DNA from: Defluviicoccus sp.
GTDB taxonomy: Bacteria; Pseudomonadota; Alphaproteobacteria; MPNO01
Direction: 5' to 3'
Length of the DNA: 64,000 bases
Assembly: GCA_028820505.1 (NCBI GenBank)
Contig: JAPPIT010000017.1
Location: 1,409-65,408, forward strand
The position numbers and the translations under genes were made by a program. This document shows positions 30,108-41,450 of the stretch, in pieces. The notes beneath the pieces were generated by a model. It did no database searches, was not told where the DNA came from, and worked only from the letters and a program-made list of their open reading frames with translations. Positions within the stretch are counted from its first letter, which is position 1. The number at the start of each line of letters is the position of its first letter.

Positions 30108-31424
30108 TCAGACCAGGTCCGGCAGCCACAGGCATGTCGCCGGAACGGCAAGGATAATCGCGACCCGGACGAAATCGCTCAGCAGGAACGGCACGATGCC
30201 GCGGAACGAATCGCCGAGGGGAACGCCGTCGGCGAGCGAGTTGATCACGTAGACGTTGAGCCCGATGGGCGGGGTGATCAGCCCGACCTCGACGACGATC
30301 AGGGCGAGGATGCCGAACCAGATCGCGGTCTCTTCCTCGGTGAAGCCGAAATCGAGCCCGGTCACCAGCGGGAAGAACACGGGAACGGTGAGCAAGATCA
30401 TCGCCAGGCTGTCCATCACGCAGCCCAGCACCAGATAGACCAGAAGGATCCCGATCAGGATCGACATCGGCGAAAGCCCCGATTCCCCGAGCAGGTCGGC
30501 GAGCTCCACCGGTATCTGGGAGAGCGCGAGGAAGCCGTTATAGATCTCGGCGCTGATCAGGATGATGAAGATCATCGCGGTGGCCTGCGCGGTTTCCAGC
30601 AGACTGGAGACGAAGCTTTCCCAGCTCAGCCGTCCGAAGAAGATGGCCACCAGCGCGGTCGCCGCCGCGCCGATCGCCGCGCCCTCGGTGGGGGTGAACA
30701 CGCCGAGATAGATGCCGCCGATCACCAGCAGGAATATCGCCGCCACCGGCCACACCGCGCCGAGGCTCCGCACCCGCTCGCGCAACGGCACGGAAGGCGC
30801 GACGGGACCCGCTTCCGGGTTCAGCCGGACATAGCACGCGATGGCCAGCGAATAGCCGATCGTCGCGATGATGCCCGGGATCAGGGCGGCGAGGAACAGC
30901 TTGCCCACCGATTGCTCGGTGATGATCGCGTATATCACCAGGATCACCGAAGGCGGGATGAGGATGCCGAGCGTGCCGCCCGCGGCGAGCGTGCCGGTCG
31001 CCAGGGCGCCCGAATAGCCGTAGCGCTTCATCTCGGGCAGGGCGACCGAAGCCATCGTCGCCCCGGTCGCGATCGAAGAGCCGCAGATCGCGCCGAAGGC
31101 CGCGCACCCGCAGATCGTCGAAATGGCGAGCCCGCCCCGTCGATGCCCGACCCAGGCGCGCGCCGCCTCGAACAGCGAGCGGCTCAGCCCGGCCTGGGTG
31201 GCGAACTGCCCCATCAGGAGGAACAGCGGCAGCACCGAGAGCGTGTAGCTCGAAACCCGGCCGAACGGCCCGGTGTTGAGCAGGTTGAGGAACGCCGTCC
31301 ACCCCGCGAGCGATATGAAACCGAACCCGCCGACCACGAACATCGCGACGCCCACCGGCATCCGGAAGGCGATCAACAGCAGGCAGACGGCGAACAGAAG
31401 AGCGCCGAACTCGATATTGGTCAT
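30108..31424 (-). CDS. TRAP transporter large permease (DctM)
   Basis: LPLFLLMG, FGAICGSS, GGTLGILIPPS and VGLITPPIGLN. Confidence 0.95.
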   Translation of the reverse strand: MTNIEFGALLFAVCLLLIAFRMPVGVAMFVVGGFGFISLAGWTAFLNLLNTGPFGRVSSYTLSVLPLFLLMGQFATQAGLSRSLFEAARAWVGHRRGGLAISTICGCAAFGAICGSSIATGATMASVALPEMKRYGYSGALATGTLAAGGTLGILIPPSVILVIYAIITEQSVGKLFLAALIPGIIATIGYSLAIACYVRLNPEAGPVAPSVPLRERVRSLGAVWPVAAIFLLVIGGIYLGVFTPTEGAAIGAAATALVAIFFGRLSWESFVSSLLETAQATAMIFIILISAEIYNGFLALSQIPVELADLLGESGLSPMSILIGILLVYLVLGCVMDSLAMILLTVPVFFPLVTGLDFGFTEEETAIWFGILALIVVEVGLITPPIGLNVYVINSLADGVPLGDSFRGIVPFLLSDFVRVAIILAVPATCLWLPDLV

Positions 31425-31960
31425 CGGGCAAGCACGCGGATGTGGCGGTAGAGCACCCAGACGCAGACCGCGGTCAGCAACACCGCTCCGAGCAGCGCCG
31501 GGAAATAGCCCCAGTGGATCGGGATGTCGAGGAAGAGCGTGGTCTCCTCGTCGGCGAGCTTGTGCAGCCCGCCCACGAAAAGCCGCCAGGCGATCAGCGC
31601 GGCGACCAGGGTGAAGGCGAAGTTGTGCACGGTGTCGAGCATCGTCTTGCGCCGCGCCGACAGGCGGGCGGTGAAGAACTCGACGACGATATTGGCGTTC
31701 CTCATGTGGCAGTACGGGAAGAAGGCGAACACGGCGACGCCGCAGACCAGCTCCGTGATCTCGTAATCCCCAGGAATCGGCGCGTTGAAGACGTAGCGGC
31801 CGATCACGCTGATCACGGTCATCGCCATGACCCCGATCAGCAGCAGCCCGCCGGTCATCGCAGCGGCCCGGCTCACGCGCTCGAACCAGGCGCCGACTCG
31901 GGCCTCGGGAGACCGGGAAGCCGGACCTGCCGGTCCGGCTTCCGCGCTACCGGCGCACAC
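31421..31960 (-). CDS. TRAP transporter small permease (DctQ)
   Basis: Four TM segments, VIGRY, NIVVEFF; GGAGG before GTG 31960. Confidence 0.9.
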   Translation of the reverse strand: MCAGSAEAGPAGPASRSPEARVGAWFERVSRAAAMTGGLLLIGVMAMTVISVIGRYVFNAPIPGDYEITELVCGVAVFAFFPYCHMRNANIVVEFFTARLSARRKTMLDTVHNFAFTLVAALIAWRLFVGGLHKLADEETTLFLDIPIHWGYFPALLGAVLLTAVCVWVLYRHIRVLAR

Positions 31961-31977
31961 GCGCCGCAGCCTCCGTG

Positions 31978-33015
31978 CTACTTGCTGTACTTGGCGACCA
32001 GCCGCCGCGCGTCGGCGACCAGCGCCTTGCCGTCATGGCCCTTCTTGGAGACCTTTTCGATCCAGGCGTCGACGACCTTCTGGGTAGCCATCCGCCAGCG
32101 CTCCTGCTCGGTGTCGGAGAGTTTCAGGATCCGGTCCCCCCGCTTGACCGCAAGCGCGCGGCCGGGTTTCTCGTCGTCCTGCCACATCTGACCGAGCCTC
32201 TTGGCGAGGGGCATTCCCGTGCTGTCGTCGACGATCTTGCGGATGTCGGCCGGCAGTTCGCCATAGCGCTTCCTGTTCATCGTCATCAGGAAGAGCGCGC
32301 AGGAGAGCGCGACTTCGGTGTGGTACTTGGTCACCTCGTGCAGCCGGAACGGGCGCATGATCGTCCACGGAATCCACGTCCCCTCCACCACGCCGCGCGA
32401 CAGCGCCTCGTAGACCTTGGGGATCGGCATGCCGACCGGAACGGTGCCGAGCGCCCGCAGCATCGCCGCGCTTGCCCGGGACGGCGCCCGCATCTTCATG
32501 CCCTTCAGGTCCTCGAGCTTTTGGATGGGCTTCTTCGCGGTATGGATATGGCCGCGCGCAGTCGCGTGGAACACGAGGGGCTGGGTGTCCTTGTACTCGT
32601 CCTTCAGCCACTTGCCGTAGAACTCGGTCAGCGCCTGGCTGGTCGCAACGGCGGTGCCGGCGACGAACGGCAGTTCGAACACCTCGGTCAGCGGAAACCG
32701 GCCGGGCGAATAGCCGGGAAGCGTCCAGACGATATCGACCACCCCGTCCCGCGCCTGGCCGTAGAGGTCCGAGGGCTTGCCGCCGAGCTGCATCGCCGGG
32801 AAGACCTGGACCTTCACCTTGCCGCCCGACTTCTTTTCGATCTCCTTCGCCCATGGCCGCATGAAGAGGCGGTTGGCGATCGCCTTGGGCGAGTTGAAAT
32901 TGTGCAGGCGCAGGGTGATCTCCTGCGCTTCGACCGGGTCGGATGACCCGGACAGAGCACCCGCGCCGAGCACTGCGAGCGCCGCAATGCCCGCGATTCC
33001 GCGCATTACGCTCAT
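31978..33015 (-). CDS. TRAP transporter substrate-binding protein (DctP)
   Basis: Signal peptide, QLGG, PGRFPLTEVFELPF, DLKGMKMR and YEALSRGVVEG. Confidence 0.95.
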   Translation of the reverse strand: MSVMRGIAGIAALAVLGAGALSGSSDPVEAQEITLRLHNFNSPKAIANRLFMRPWAKEIEKKSGGKVKVQVFPAMQLGGKPSDLYGQARDGVVDIVWTLPGYSPGRFPLTEVFELPFVAGTAVATSQALTEFYGKWLKDEYKDTQPLVFHATARGHIHTAKKPIQKLEDLKGMKMRAPSRASAAMLRALGTVPVGMPIPKVYEALSRGVVEGTWIPWTIMRPFRLHEVTKYHTEVALSCALFLMTMNRKRYGELPADIRKIVDDSTGMPLAKRLGQMWQDDEKPGRALAVKRGDRILKLSDTEQERWRMATQKVVDAWIEKVSKKGHDGKALVADARRLVAKYSK

Positions 33016-33053
33016 ACGTTCCCTCCCGTTTTTTCGGTTGGCGGATATGCTGT

Positions 33054-33932
33054 TCAGAAAGGCCTGCCGCCCTTGATGGTCACCCGCTGCATGGTGCGCC
33101 GCACGGGATAGTAGTCGTTGGCGGCGTAATGCTGGGTCGACGGGTTATCCCAGAAGACGATGGAATCCGGCTCCCACCTGAACCGGAACTGGTGTTCGGG
33201 AATACGCGGCAGGGTGAACAGGAATTCCAGCAGCGCCTTGCTCTCGTCCTTCCGCATGTCCTTGATGGCGATGGTGAACTGCTCGTTCACGAACACCGCC
33301 TTGCGCCCGGTGACGGGGTGGGTGCGGATCACGGGATGAGCCGGGTTGGGGAGCTCGATCTCCATCTCTGCGAGCTTCTCATGCCGTTCCCTGGGCGCCA
33401 TGTGGTCGAACTTGTGGCGGAAATTCTTGAAGTCGTGGATCGCTTCGAGGCCGGAGAGAAAGCTCTGCATGCGATCGCTCAACCCGTCATGGGCTGCGCA
33501 CATGTCGGCCCACATCGTGTCGCCCCCGACCGGCGGGATGGTGACGCAACGGAGGATCGAGCCCATCGGCGGCTCTTCGCGGAACGTCTCGTCCGAATGC
33601 CAGATATCGGTCGAGAACACCGGGTTGTCCCTGTGATTGTCGAGCACGATGACCTCGGGCAGGTGCTCGAGATGCGGAACGAACGGGTGGACGCTGACCT
33701 CGCCGAACCTGCGGCCGAAGGCGAGATGCTGTTCGGGCGTGATGTTCTGGTCCCGGAAGAAGATGACCTTGCGGTCCATCAGGGTATCGTGGATCGCGGC
33801 CACGGTCGCGTCGTCGAGCGGCAGGGCAAGATCGACCCCGCGGATTTCCGCGCCGATCGTGGGTTCTGCGGGAAGGACCTCGATTCGGCTCTCCGCCGGT
33901 GCAACACGGTTCCGCTCGGCAAGCTGGGACAT
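33054..33932 (-). CDS. TauD/TfdA-family Fe(II)/2-oxoglutarate dioxygenase (sulfonate/sulfate-ester type)
   Basis: IGAEIRGVDL, WHSD (HxD), GGDTMWA, HPVIRTHP and WDN.STQHYA...RR.M.R; ATG 33932. Confidence 0.93.
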   Translation of the reverse strand: MSQLAERNRVAPAESRIEVLPAEPTIGAEIRGVDLALPLDDATVAAIHDTLMDRKVIFFRDQNITPEQHLAFGRRFGEVSVHPFVPHLEHLPEVIVLDNHRDNPVFSTDIWHSDETFREEPPMGSILRCVTIPPVGGDTMWADMCAAHDGLSDRMQSFLSGLEAIHDFKNFRHKFDHMAPRERHEKLAEMEIELPNPAHPVIRTHPVTGRKAVFVNEQFTIAIKDMRKDESKALLEFLFTLPRIPEHQFRFRWEPDSIVFWDNPSTQHYAANDYYPVRRTMQRVTIKGGRPF

Positions 33933-34036
33933 GGCGTTCCCTCGTATTTCGCTTCGGCGGCGGGCAAAGGCTAGCACGCGCCTGCTCGGCCGGGCAATTC
34001 GCCGCACGCCCGGAGCGCACTCACGAAACGCCTGAG

Positions 34037-34690
34037 TTAAGCCGCGTTCCGGCCTCCGTTCGCGGCGCCGGCCGCGCGGTGCAGCGTCCTTCCGGCGCGG
34101 ATTTCGGTTGCCGATGCGGGATGCAGCCGGGTGTGGAAAAACGTCCATGCGGGCGGTCGCACCTCCGCCAGCTTGTGGGCGTCCTGCGCCCGCGACTTGA
34201 ACCTGGAGAATGCCTGCGCCGCCTTTCCCGCGAGCGCGTCGAACGAATAGGGCGCGCGGTCGAACACCGCGATGGGGACCAGGTTGAAGATCCTGGTCCA
34301 TCGCTGCCATTGCGCGATCTGCACCAGATTGTCCGCGCCCATGATCCAGACGAAGTGCATGCGCGGAAAACAGAAGTTCAGCGCGGCAAGCGTGTCGGCG
34401 GTATAGCGCGTGCCGAGGCGCAGCTCGATATCGGTCACCGAGATCGCGGGGTGGTCGGCAAGCGCCTCAGCACTCGCAAAGCGGTCTTCGAACGGGGCCA
34501 TTCCGGCGACCGGCTTGAGCGGGTTCTGCGGCGAGACCATCCACCAGATCTCGTCCAGCCGGAGGTGCTTGAGCGCCAGGATCGAGATATGGCGATGGCC
34601 GTCATGGGCAGGATTGAACGACCCGCCCAGCAAACCCACCCTGAGCCCGGGCGCGTCCAGGCCGCGGCGAATCGTCGTGTAAAGGGTCAG
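34037..34690 (-). CDS. nadD: Nicotinate-nucleotide adenylyltransferase; start uncertain (CTG 34690 or GTG 34639)
   Basis: [33 protein letters not shown] and SATEIR. Confidence 0.95.
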   Translation of the reverse strand: MTLYTTIRRGLDAPGLRVGLLGGSFNPAHDGHRHISILALKHLRLDEIWWMVSPQNPLKPVAGMAPFEDRFASAEALADHPAISVTDIELRLGTRYTADTLAALNFCFPRMHFVWIMGADNLVQIAQWQRWTRIFNLVPIAVFDRAPYSFDALAGKAAQAFSRFKSRAQDAHKLAEVRPPAWTFFHTRLHPASATEIRAGRTLHRAAGAANGGRNAA

Positions 34691-35970
34691 GGCCGGACCT
34701 GCCCGGACCCGCGCACCACGTATTTGAAGGTGGTGAGCTGTTCGACCCCGACCGGACCCCTGGCGTGAAGCCGGCCGGTCGAAATGCCGATCTCCGCCCC
34801 CATGCCGAACTCGCCGCCGTCGGCGAACTGGGTGGAGGCGTTGTGAAGGACGATCGCCGAATCCACGGCGCCGAGGAAACGCTCGGCCGCGGCGTCGTCG
34901 GCGGTAACGATCGCGTCGGTATGGTGCGAGCCATGGGTGTTGATATGGGCGATCGCGTCCTCGAGCCCGTCAACCTGTTTCACCGCGATGATCGCGTCGA
35001 GATACTCGGTGTCCCAGTCGCTGTCCTCGGCGGCCACCACGCGGCCGTCGAGCGCACGCGTGTCTTCGCAGCCCCTCAGCTCGCACCCGGCCCGGGCGAG
35101 GTCGTCGAGGATGGGCGGCAGCACGTCGCGCGCGACGGCGCGGTCGACGAGCAGCGTCTCCGCCGCGCCGCAGATACCGGGCCGCCGCATCTTGGCGTTG
35201 AAGGCGACGCTCCGCGCGGTGCCGGGATCGGCGCTCCGCTCGACATAGACATGGCAGTTGCCGTCGAGATGGGCGATGACCGGTATCCGGCTCTCGCGCT
35301 GGACACGCTCGATCAGCGACTTCCCGCCGCGCGGGACGACGATGTCGATCAGATCGGACATGGCCAGCATCGCGCCGACCGCCGCGCGGTCGGTCGTGGG
35401 TACCGTCTGGATCGCCGCCGTGGGCAAACCCGCCTCTTTCAGCCCGGCTTGCAGGCAATCGACGATCGCGTTGGACGAGTGGTAGCTCTCCGATCCGCCG
35501 CGGAGGATCGCGGCGTTGCCGGATTTCAGGCAGAGCGCCCCGGCATCCGCCGTCACGTTGGGCCGGGACTCGTAGATGATCCCGATCACGCCGAGCGGAA
35601 CGCGGACCCGCTCTATGTGGAGCCCGTTCGGTCGGTCCCATGCCGCGATCACCTCGCCGACAGGGTCGTCGAGCGCCGCCACCGCCTCGATCCCCGCCGC
35701 CATCGCCTCGATCCGTGCCGGCGTCAGCTCTAGTCGGTCGACGAAAGCCTCTGTCTGGCGCGCGGTATCGACAGTCGCGAGGTCCTTTGCGTTGGCCGAG
35801 AGCAACGCGTTCTCGCTCGACCTGATCCGCCGCGCGGCGGCGCGAAGCGCCCGGTTCTTGTCCGCTGCCCCGTGCTCGCCCAGCGCCCGCGCCGCCGCCC
35901 TCGCGTCGCGCGCCAAGCGTTCCATCGCGGCCTCGACATCGTCCCGGTCGACAACGGCTTGGGTTGCCAC
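34687..35970 (-). CDS. proA: Glutamate-5-semialdehyde dehydrogenase
   Basis: [36 protein letters not shown] and HARGPVG. Confidence 0.98.
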   Translation of the reverse strand: MATQAVVDRDDVEAAMERLARDARAAARALGEHGAADKNRALRAAARRIRSSENALLSANAKDLATVDTARQTEAFVDRLELTPARIEAMAAGIEAVAALDDPVGEVIAAWDRPNGLHIERVRVPLGVIGIIYESRPNVTADAGALCLKSGNAAILRGGSESYHSSNAIVDCLQAGLKEAGLPTAAIQTVPTTDRAAVGAMLAMSDLIDIVVPRGGKSLIERVQRESRIPVIAHLDGNCHVYVERSADPGTARSVAFNAKMRRPGICGAAETLLVDRAVARDVLPPILDDLARAGCELRGCEDTRALDGRVVAAEDSDWDTEYLDAIIAVKQVDGLEDAIAHINTHGSHHTDAIVTADDAAAERFLGAVDSAIVLHNASTQFADGGEFGMGAEIGISTGRLHARGPVGVEQLTTFKYVVRGSGQVRP

Positions 35971-35982
35971 CGCACCCTCCCT

Positions 35983-38135
<2,153 letters not shown>

Positions 38136-38393
38136 CTATTGGGCGGTATCGACGGAAACGTAGACCCGCTTGTTGGCGCGGCGCCGAAATGCGACCCGGC
38201 CGGCGGCGGTGGCGAAGATCGTGTGATCCTTGCCGAGACCGACATTCTCGCCCGGATGGTACTTCGTGCCGCGCTGGCGGATGATGATATTGCCCGGGAT
38301 TACCGCCTGTCCGCCGGCCTTCTTCACGCCGAGCCTCCGGCCCGCGGAGTCGCGGCCGTTGCGGGAGCTGCCGCCGGCTTTCTTGTGCGCCAT
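38136..38393 (-). CDS. rpmA: 50S ribosomal protein L27
   Basis: [16 protein letters not shown]...[13 protein letters not shown]. Confidence 0.99.
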   Translation of the reverse strand: MAHKKAGGSSRNGRDSAGRRLGVKKAGGQAVIPGNIIIRQRGTKYHPGENVGLGKDHTIFATAAGRVAFRRRANKRVYVSVDTAQ

Positions 38394-38764
38394 TACGAAT
38401 TCTCCTCTTCGCCCGTAGCCTCTTCGGGCGCGCTGGCGCCGGTCGCGGAGCCGCCGGCCAATATATCGGTGATCCGGAGCACTGTCTGGTGTTGACGGTG
38501 GCCGTGCTTGCGCCGGTAATTCTTCCGCCGCTTCTTCTTGAAGACGATGATCTTGTCGGCCCTGGTCTGGTCGAGGACGGTCGCGGCAACTCGGGCACCG
38601 TCCACGAGGGGGCTTCCGACGGTCGCACTCTTCCCGTCGTCGAGCATCAGCACCTGATTCAGTTCGATCTCGGCGCCGGGCTCGCCCTCCAGGCGTTCCA
38701 CCTTGATCACATCGTCCTTGCTGACGCGGTACTGCTTCCCGCCCGTGCGTACGACTGCAAACAT
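38393..38764 (-). CDS. rplU: 50S ribosomal protein L21
   Basis: [14 protein letters not shown]...[17 protein letters not shown]; start re-called to ATG 38764. Confidence 0.98.
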   Translation of the reverse strand: MFAVVRTGGKQYRVSKDDVIKVERLEGEPGAEIELNQVLMLDDGKSATVGSPLVDGARVAATVLDQTRADKIIVFKKKRRKNYRRKHGHRQHQTVLRITDILAGGSATGASAPEEATGEEENS

Positions 38765-38844
38765 CGTTCCGACCAATCAGAGAAAGCCCGGCCCGGCCCG
38801 TCCTTTGGAAACGGTTTCTGGGGCCGGCGCTGAGCGAAAGCGGG

Positions 38845-38872
38845 ACTATAGCCGCGGCGCCGGCATTGTCAA
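38845..38872 (-). promoter_or_regulatory. Sigma70 promoter for rplU-rpmA
   Basis: TTGACA-N16-TATAGT on the minus strand. Confidence 0.7.
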
Positions 38873-38886
38873 CGCCGCGCCGGGGT

Positions 38887-39618
38887 TCAGGACACCGGCG
38901 GCGCCTCGATGCTCTCGAACAGAGCGGTAATTCCGTCGCCGAACGCCTGCCGCATCTTTTGGAGATAGGCGTCGTCGGCGGTTACCTCGATGCGGGTGCC
39001 TCCGTCGAGCGCGTCGCGGCGGTAAACCATGAGATCGATGGGCGGGCCGACCGAAATGTTGCTGCGCATCGTCGAATCGAACGAGATCAGCGCTGCCTTT
39101 GCTGCATCGCCGAGCGGCATGTCATAGCGAACGACCCGGTCGAGGATGGGCTTTCCGTACTTGGTCTCGCCGATCTGCAGGAAAGGGGTCTCGGGCGTCG
39201 CCTCGATGAAGTTTCCCGCCTCGTAGATCTGGAAGAGGCGGGGCGGACGGCCCGCGATCTGTCCCGCGACGAGGAAGCTCGTCCGGGGATCGGCGCCCGA
39301 CGCCCGGACCGTTTCGGCATCCGTTTGCATCACTTCCCTGAGCACGGACCCGACGATCCTGGCCGCGTTGAACATGCTCGTGGATTCGAAAAGGCTGTCC
39401 TGTCCCTCACGGCTGCCGAGGCGCTCGCTCACCACCGAGACCACGGATTGCGACGTTGCGAGGTTCCCGGCGGACATCAGCGCGATCACCCGCTCGCCCG
39501 ATTTCGAAAACACGGTGAGCTTGCGGAACGAGGCCACATGGTCGACGCCGGCCGCCGTCCGCGTATCGGCGGCAAGCACCAGCCCTTCATCGAGCAGGAA
39601 GCCGACGCAATATGTCAT
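38887..39618 (-). CDS. anbu: Proteasome-type Ntn protease Anbu
   Basis: MTYCVG (Thr1 after Met removal), DTRT.AGVD....[24 protein letters not shown] and [12 protein letters not shown]. Confidence 0.93.
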   Translation of the reverse strand: MTYCVGFLLDEGLVLAADTRTAAGVDHVASFRKLTVFSKSGERVIALMSAGNLATSQSVVSVVSERLGSREGQDSLFESTSMFNAARIVGSVLREVMQTDAETVRASGADPRTSFLVAGQIAGRPPRLFQIYEAGNFIEATPETPFLQIGETKYGKPILDRVVRYDMPLGDAAKAALISFDSTMRSNISVGPPIDLMVYRRDALDGGTRIEVTADDAYLQKMRQAFGDGITALFESIEAPPVS

Positions 39619-39663
39619 GAGTTCGGGGTACTCCGGAACGGAAGGACGATCGGCGGTACGGGT

Positions 39664-40485
39664 TCAGGATGCAGGTCGCCGCTTTTCCCTGACATCGACG
39701 GAAACGGTCAGCCGTTCCACCGACTCTCCGCCTTCGCGGATGCCGCGGATCGGACAGGCGCTGTCGTAATCGAGGCCGACCGCGGTGCCGACATAGGACT
39801 CGGTGCCGCAGGTGCGGTTGGCGACGTCGAAACTGACCCACCCCAACCCGTCGACCCATGCCGCGGCCCACGCATGGCCGGCGGGTTCGGGCGCTTCCCG
39901 GTCGTCCGCATGGAGATAGCCGCTGATATAGCGGGCGGGAACACCGAGCGCACGGCATACCGCGATGAAGACGTGCGCATGGTCCTGGCAAACGCCGGAA
40001 CCGTTGCTGAGTGCCTCGGAAGCCGATGACTGAACGTCGGTCGCGCCTTCGCGGTAGTCGACCTTGTCGCGGATCGCCGCCGCGATACGGTGCACGGCCT
40101 CCAGGCGGTCGCGTGACACGGTTTCGGCGTGGGGCGCCGCAAAATCCGCCACGATTTCGTCAGCGGCGGTAAGCGGCGTCGCGCGGAGATAGGTCTCGAT
40201 CGGAACGCCGCCCTGCTCGTCGGGCAGCACGCCCGCCGTGTCGCTCGTCTCCACCTCGCCCATCGCGACGATCTCGATCCGGTCGCCAGGATCGTCGAAG
40301 ATCAGCGTGTCGCAGGAATTGCCGAAGGCATCGATCCAGCGGGTCAGCTTGCCGGGCGCCTCGATCGTCCATCGGATCACCCGCTGCGAGGCGTTGGCGT
40401 AGGGCGTCAGGCGCAGGTACTGGATCCCGAAGGAAACCGCGGCGTCGTAATGGTAGGCCGTGCGGTGGACGATCGAGAGCCGCAT
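39664..40485 (-). CDS. Transglutaminase-family protein with bacterial N-terminal domain
   Basis: MRLSIVHRTAYHY, GVCQDHAH (Cys), HAWA (His) and SFDVAN (Asp). Confidence 0.93.
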   Translation of the reverse strand: MRLSIVHRTAYHYDAAVSFGIQYLRLTPYANASQRVIRWTIEAPGKLTRWIDAFGNSCDTLIFDDPGDRIEIVAMGEVETSDTAGVLPDEQGGVPIETYLRATPLTAADEIVADFAAPHAETVSRDRLEAVHRIAAAIRDKVDYREGATDVQSSASEALSNGSGVCQDHAHVFIAVCRALGVPARYISGYLHADDREAPEPAGHAWAAAWVDGLGWVSFDVANRTCGTESYVGTAVGLDYDSACPIRGIREGGESVERLTVSVDVREKRRPAS

Positions 40486-41450
40486 CAGGCGGGGATCCTG
40501 GACCGTTGCAGCATCATGAAATCGTGCTCGATCTGAGCGCTCAGATCGGCGTTGCGCGCGATGAACCGGGTCAGAAACTCATGCAGCCCCTGCCGGAAAA
40601 TATCGTCGATTCGGCCGAAGCGCAGGCTGGCATGAATCTCGCCGGCGATCCGCTGGCATTCCTGTGGCCGTCCCTGGCACAGGGATTCGAGTTGGCTCGT
40701 GATGCGGTCGAAACACGCCATCAGCGAGCGCGGCATGTCGCCGCGCAGCAACAGCAGTTCCGCCACCCGGCGCGGCTGGATTACGTCGGAATAGACCTTG
40801 TGATAGGCGCGGAAAGCGCTCAGCGAGCGAAGAACGGCGCCCCACTGGTAGTAGTCGACGGAACCGCCGACATGCTCGTCCCGCGGCAACAACACATGAT
40901 ACTTCGAATCGAGCAGCCGGGCGGTGTTGTCCGCGCGCTCGACCGCGAGGCCCATATCCAGGAAGGCGTAGCTTTCGTCGCGCAGCATCGTCGCATCGGT
41001 CACGCCCCGGAACGAGTGGGTACGCTCCTTGACCCAATCGCAGAAATCGCGCACGCCGCCGTTGAATAGCGTCCTGCTGTCGTAGTCGCGCAGTTCGAGC
41101 CAGGTGGTGTTGATGCTCTCCCACATCTCGCTGGTGATCGACACCCTGAGCGCCCGCGCGTTCTCCCGCGCCGCGCGAATCGAGGAAAAGATGCTGGACG
41201 GAAAGCCGTCGTCGAAGGCAAGAAACAGTACGACGCCGGAGCTTGAGATCTGACCTCCGAAGGTGACGAAATCCTCGGGGTAGCCCGCGACTTCCAATGT
41301 CGAACCCCATACGGATTCGTGCGCCTGCCCGGGCACGTCGAGGAGCACCATCCGGTTGGCGACATCGATGAGCCGGGCCATATTCTCGGCCCTCTCGATA
41401 TAGCGGGCCATCCAGTAGAGCTGGTTCGCGGTGCGCCCGAGCATGGTCAT
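40485..41450 (-). CDS. Alpha-E domain protein (DUF403)
   Basis: ML.RTA.QLYWMARYIERAENMAR, ARENAR..R..ITSEMWE and ERADNTAR (repeated ER motifs). Confidence 0.93.
   Translation of the reverse strand: MTMLGRTANQLYWMARYIERAENMARLIDVANRMVLLDVPGQAHESVWGSTLEVAGYPEDFVTFGGQISSSGVVLFLAFDDGFPSSIFSSIRAARENARALRVSITSEMWESINTTWLELRDYDSRTLFNGGVRDFCDWVKERTHSFRGVTDATMLRDESYAFLDMGLAVERADNTARLLDSKYHVLLPRDEHVGGSVDYYQWGAVLRSLSAFRAYHKVYSDVIQPRRVAELLLLRGDMPRSLMACFDRITSQLESLCQGRPQECQRIAGEIHASLRFGRIDDIFRQGLHEFLTRFIARNADLSAQIEHDFMMLQRSRIPA

Noticed and set aside
27719-30135. 726-aa EnvC and 233-aa RsfS N-terminal extensions
   Set aside because: The extensions overlap rlmH/rsfS or intergenic DNA and have shadow-like composition.
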